Source: an uncultured Bacilli bacterium (GTDB lineage: Bacteria > Bacillota_I > Bacilli_A > RF39 > UBA660). From it: 64,000 bases of DNA. The stretch covers positions 3,046 to 67,045 of the forward strand of contig CATBQD010000005.1 in assembly GCA_949505625.1 (NCBI GenBank), given 5' to 3'. The position numbers and the translations under genes are program-made. The notes below the pieces were generated by a model, which saw only the letters and a program-made list of their open reading frames with translations, did no database searches and had not been told where the DNA came from. Positions 62,632 to 64,000 of the stretch are shown piece after piece. Numbering within the stretch: position 1 is the stretch's first letter; each line of letters opens with the position of its first letter.

Positions 62632-63096
62632 TTATTTACATGTTGCGCCCATTGCTTCATAAAGAGATGTTGCGCCTTTTACAGTTATACGATTTTTCTT
62701 ATTAACAAAGCTTTTCATTGCACTATTATCGCTGATCATTTTTTCCATATCCACTTTGCTATAATCGATTGTTACTTTACTTTCTAGTTTAGAACCATCA
62801 ATTGTTACCTTGTAGTCATAACCACCATATCGTTTATCATTGTTTCCATATTGAGTATTAAGAGTAGATTCAAATTCTTTTAATACTGCATTACTAGATG
62901 AGTCTACAACTTCTATTGTTTCCACTTTGTCTACAACGTCTCCTGTTGCATAAATTTTATAAGTTGCATTCAATTTATAATTTGATAAATTTTGTGTTAC
63001 AGTACATTCAATTGTTCTTTTTTTAGCTCCACATCCTGATACAACTCCAATACAAACACAAAGTAACAAAACTGACAACATTTTTTTCATTTTCAT
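62632..63096 (-). CDS. lipoprotein (lipobox VSGC), paralog of the next gene
   Basis: signal peptide with lipobox; ends …GATCK, as does its neighbour. Confidence 0.7.
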   Translation of the reverse strand: MKMKKMLSVLLLCVCIGVVSGCGAKKRTIECTVTQNLSNYKLNATYKIYATGDVVDKVETIEVVDSSSNAVLKEFESTLNTQYGNNDKRYGGYDYKVTIDGSKLESKVTIDYSKVDMEKMISDNSAMKSFVNKKNRITVKGATSLYEAMGATCK

Positions 63097-63181
63097 CTTT
63101 CCTCCTCAATATTCATTATAGCACTTTTTCACGAAAATTTCACTCTTTTTATATCGAGAACAAAAAAATAACTCAAAAGAG

Positions 63182-63649
63182 TTATTTACAAGTCGCTCCA
63201 TTTAGCTCATAACGTTTGACAACGCCATCTAAAGTTAAACGATCGTTTTTAATATAATTTTCTAATTTTTTGTCAGTGGCAAATTTTTTAGAATCAAATT
63301 TGCTATAATCAATTGTTACAGAAGCTGATACTTCTTTTTCACCTTTGGTTACTTTATGTGTATATCCTCCATATGAACTATTTAAGTTCTCATACTGCAA
63401 ATTTAATGTTTGTTCTAATTGATCTACAATTGAAGTATCCTCTGATGTATAAGTCTCATTAGCTTCTACTTTTTCTACAACATCTCCTTTAGCAGTAATT
63501 TTAAAATTTGATTTAATTTCATAAGTAGATAATGTTTGAGTTTGCGTACATTCTACCACTTTCGTTTCTTCTTTTTGTTTTTTATCTCCGCATCCTGTAA
63601 GAATTCCTACACAAATACAAAGAGACATAATTGTTATCATTTTCTTCAT
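63182..63649 (-). CDS. lipoprotein (lipobox LTGC), tandem paralog
   Basis: same architecture and C-terminal GATCK; same terminator sequence downstream. Confidence 0.7.
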   Translation of the reverse strand: MKKMITIMSLCICVGILTGCGDKKQKEETKVVECTQTQTLSTYEIKSNFKITAKGDVVEKVEANETYTSEDTSIVDQLEQTLNLQYENLNSSYGGYTHKVTKGEKEVSASVTIDYSKFDSKKFATDKKLENYIKNDRLTLDGVVKRYELNGATCK

Positions 63650-63734
63650 AAAATCCCCTCCTAGTTACAGTATAACATAAATCTTTGTTTTTTTCAAATT
63701 ATAACACTTTAATATAAAGGCTTTTATCTATATA

Positions 63735-63950
63735 TTATAAGGTGTATTTTGATATTAATGTATTAATCGTAGTAATATCAACATTGGATTTAAAATCGAA
63801 TTGCAATACTTGCCCACTACTAAAAGCGACGATTAATTCACTATCAATATCTAACATCCCTGCTGTTTCTATTCCATAATATTGAATCTTTGAATATGGG
63901 TATGAAAAATAAGCAATTTTTTTACCAGTGATTCCTTTTACATTTGCCAC
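63735..63950 (-). CDS. hypothetical 71-aa ORF near the window edge
   Basis: ORF only. Confidence 0.25.
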   Translation of the reverse strand: MANVKGITGKKIAYFSYPYSKIQYYGIETAGMLDIDSELIVAFSSGQVLQFDFKSNVDITTINTLISKYTL

Positions 63951-64000
63951 AAAAATTCTATGACTTGTGAAAATGACTTGGTCTCTAATTGTTTGAAAAG

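Overview
This window is AT-rich (about 27-30% GC) bacterial chromosome from a low-GC Gram-positive anaerobe (Firmicutes-like: tagA/mnaA, dlt-like genes, rubrerythrin+PerR, split transketolase). It uses the standard genetic code, and almost every gene lies on the minus strand. Housekeeping content includes an ABC transporter, two tandem class-I aminoacyl-tRNA synthetases (a divergent GluRS-family enzyme with a T-box leader, and class-I LysRS), and pyrG with a leader attenuator but an in-frame TAA. Further housekeeping genes are folD, rubrerythrin/Fur-family regulator, acpS, two-subunit transketolase, an aldo-keto reductase, recD2, mtaB, rsmE, ftsK, eno and murD, plus tRNA-Met and an atypical tRNA-Thr-like gene. 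Accessory content worth a second look: (1) a WYL-regulator / SIS-domain / divergent Ham1(ITPase)-like three-gene operon; (2) a HEPN-domain protein with a small partner next to the atypical tRNA; (3) a dlt-like carrier-protein acylation cluster in which an FkbH-type HAD-IIIC loader replaces DltA (FkbH-like + ACP + MaoC hot-dog + MBOAT + DltD-like). Also: (4) a cell-wall polysaccharide/teichoic-acid-type locus (GT4, two GT2, Wzx fused to an extra domain, Wzy-like, HAD-GtrA fusion, mnaA, tagA); (5) a ~610-nt ORF-free GC-enriched region directly upstream of a small 4-TM DxxxD membrane protein, which I interpret as a candidate OLE RNA / OapA pair; (6) ~210-nt direct repeats forming the 3' ends of both aaRS genes. 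No CRISPR array, integrase or transposase was recognised. All calls rest on motif recognition by eye and carry no database-search support.
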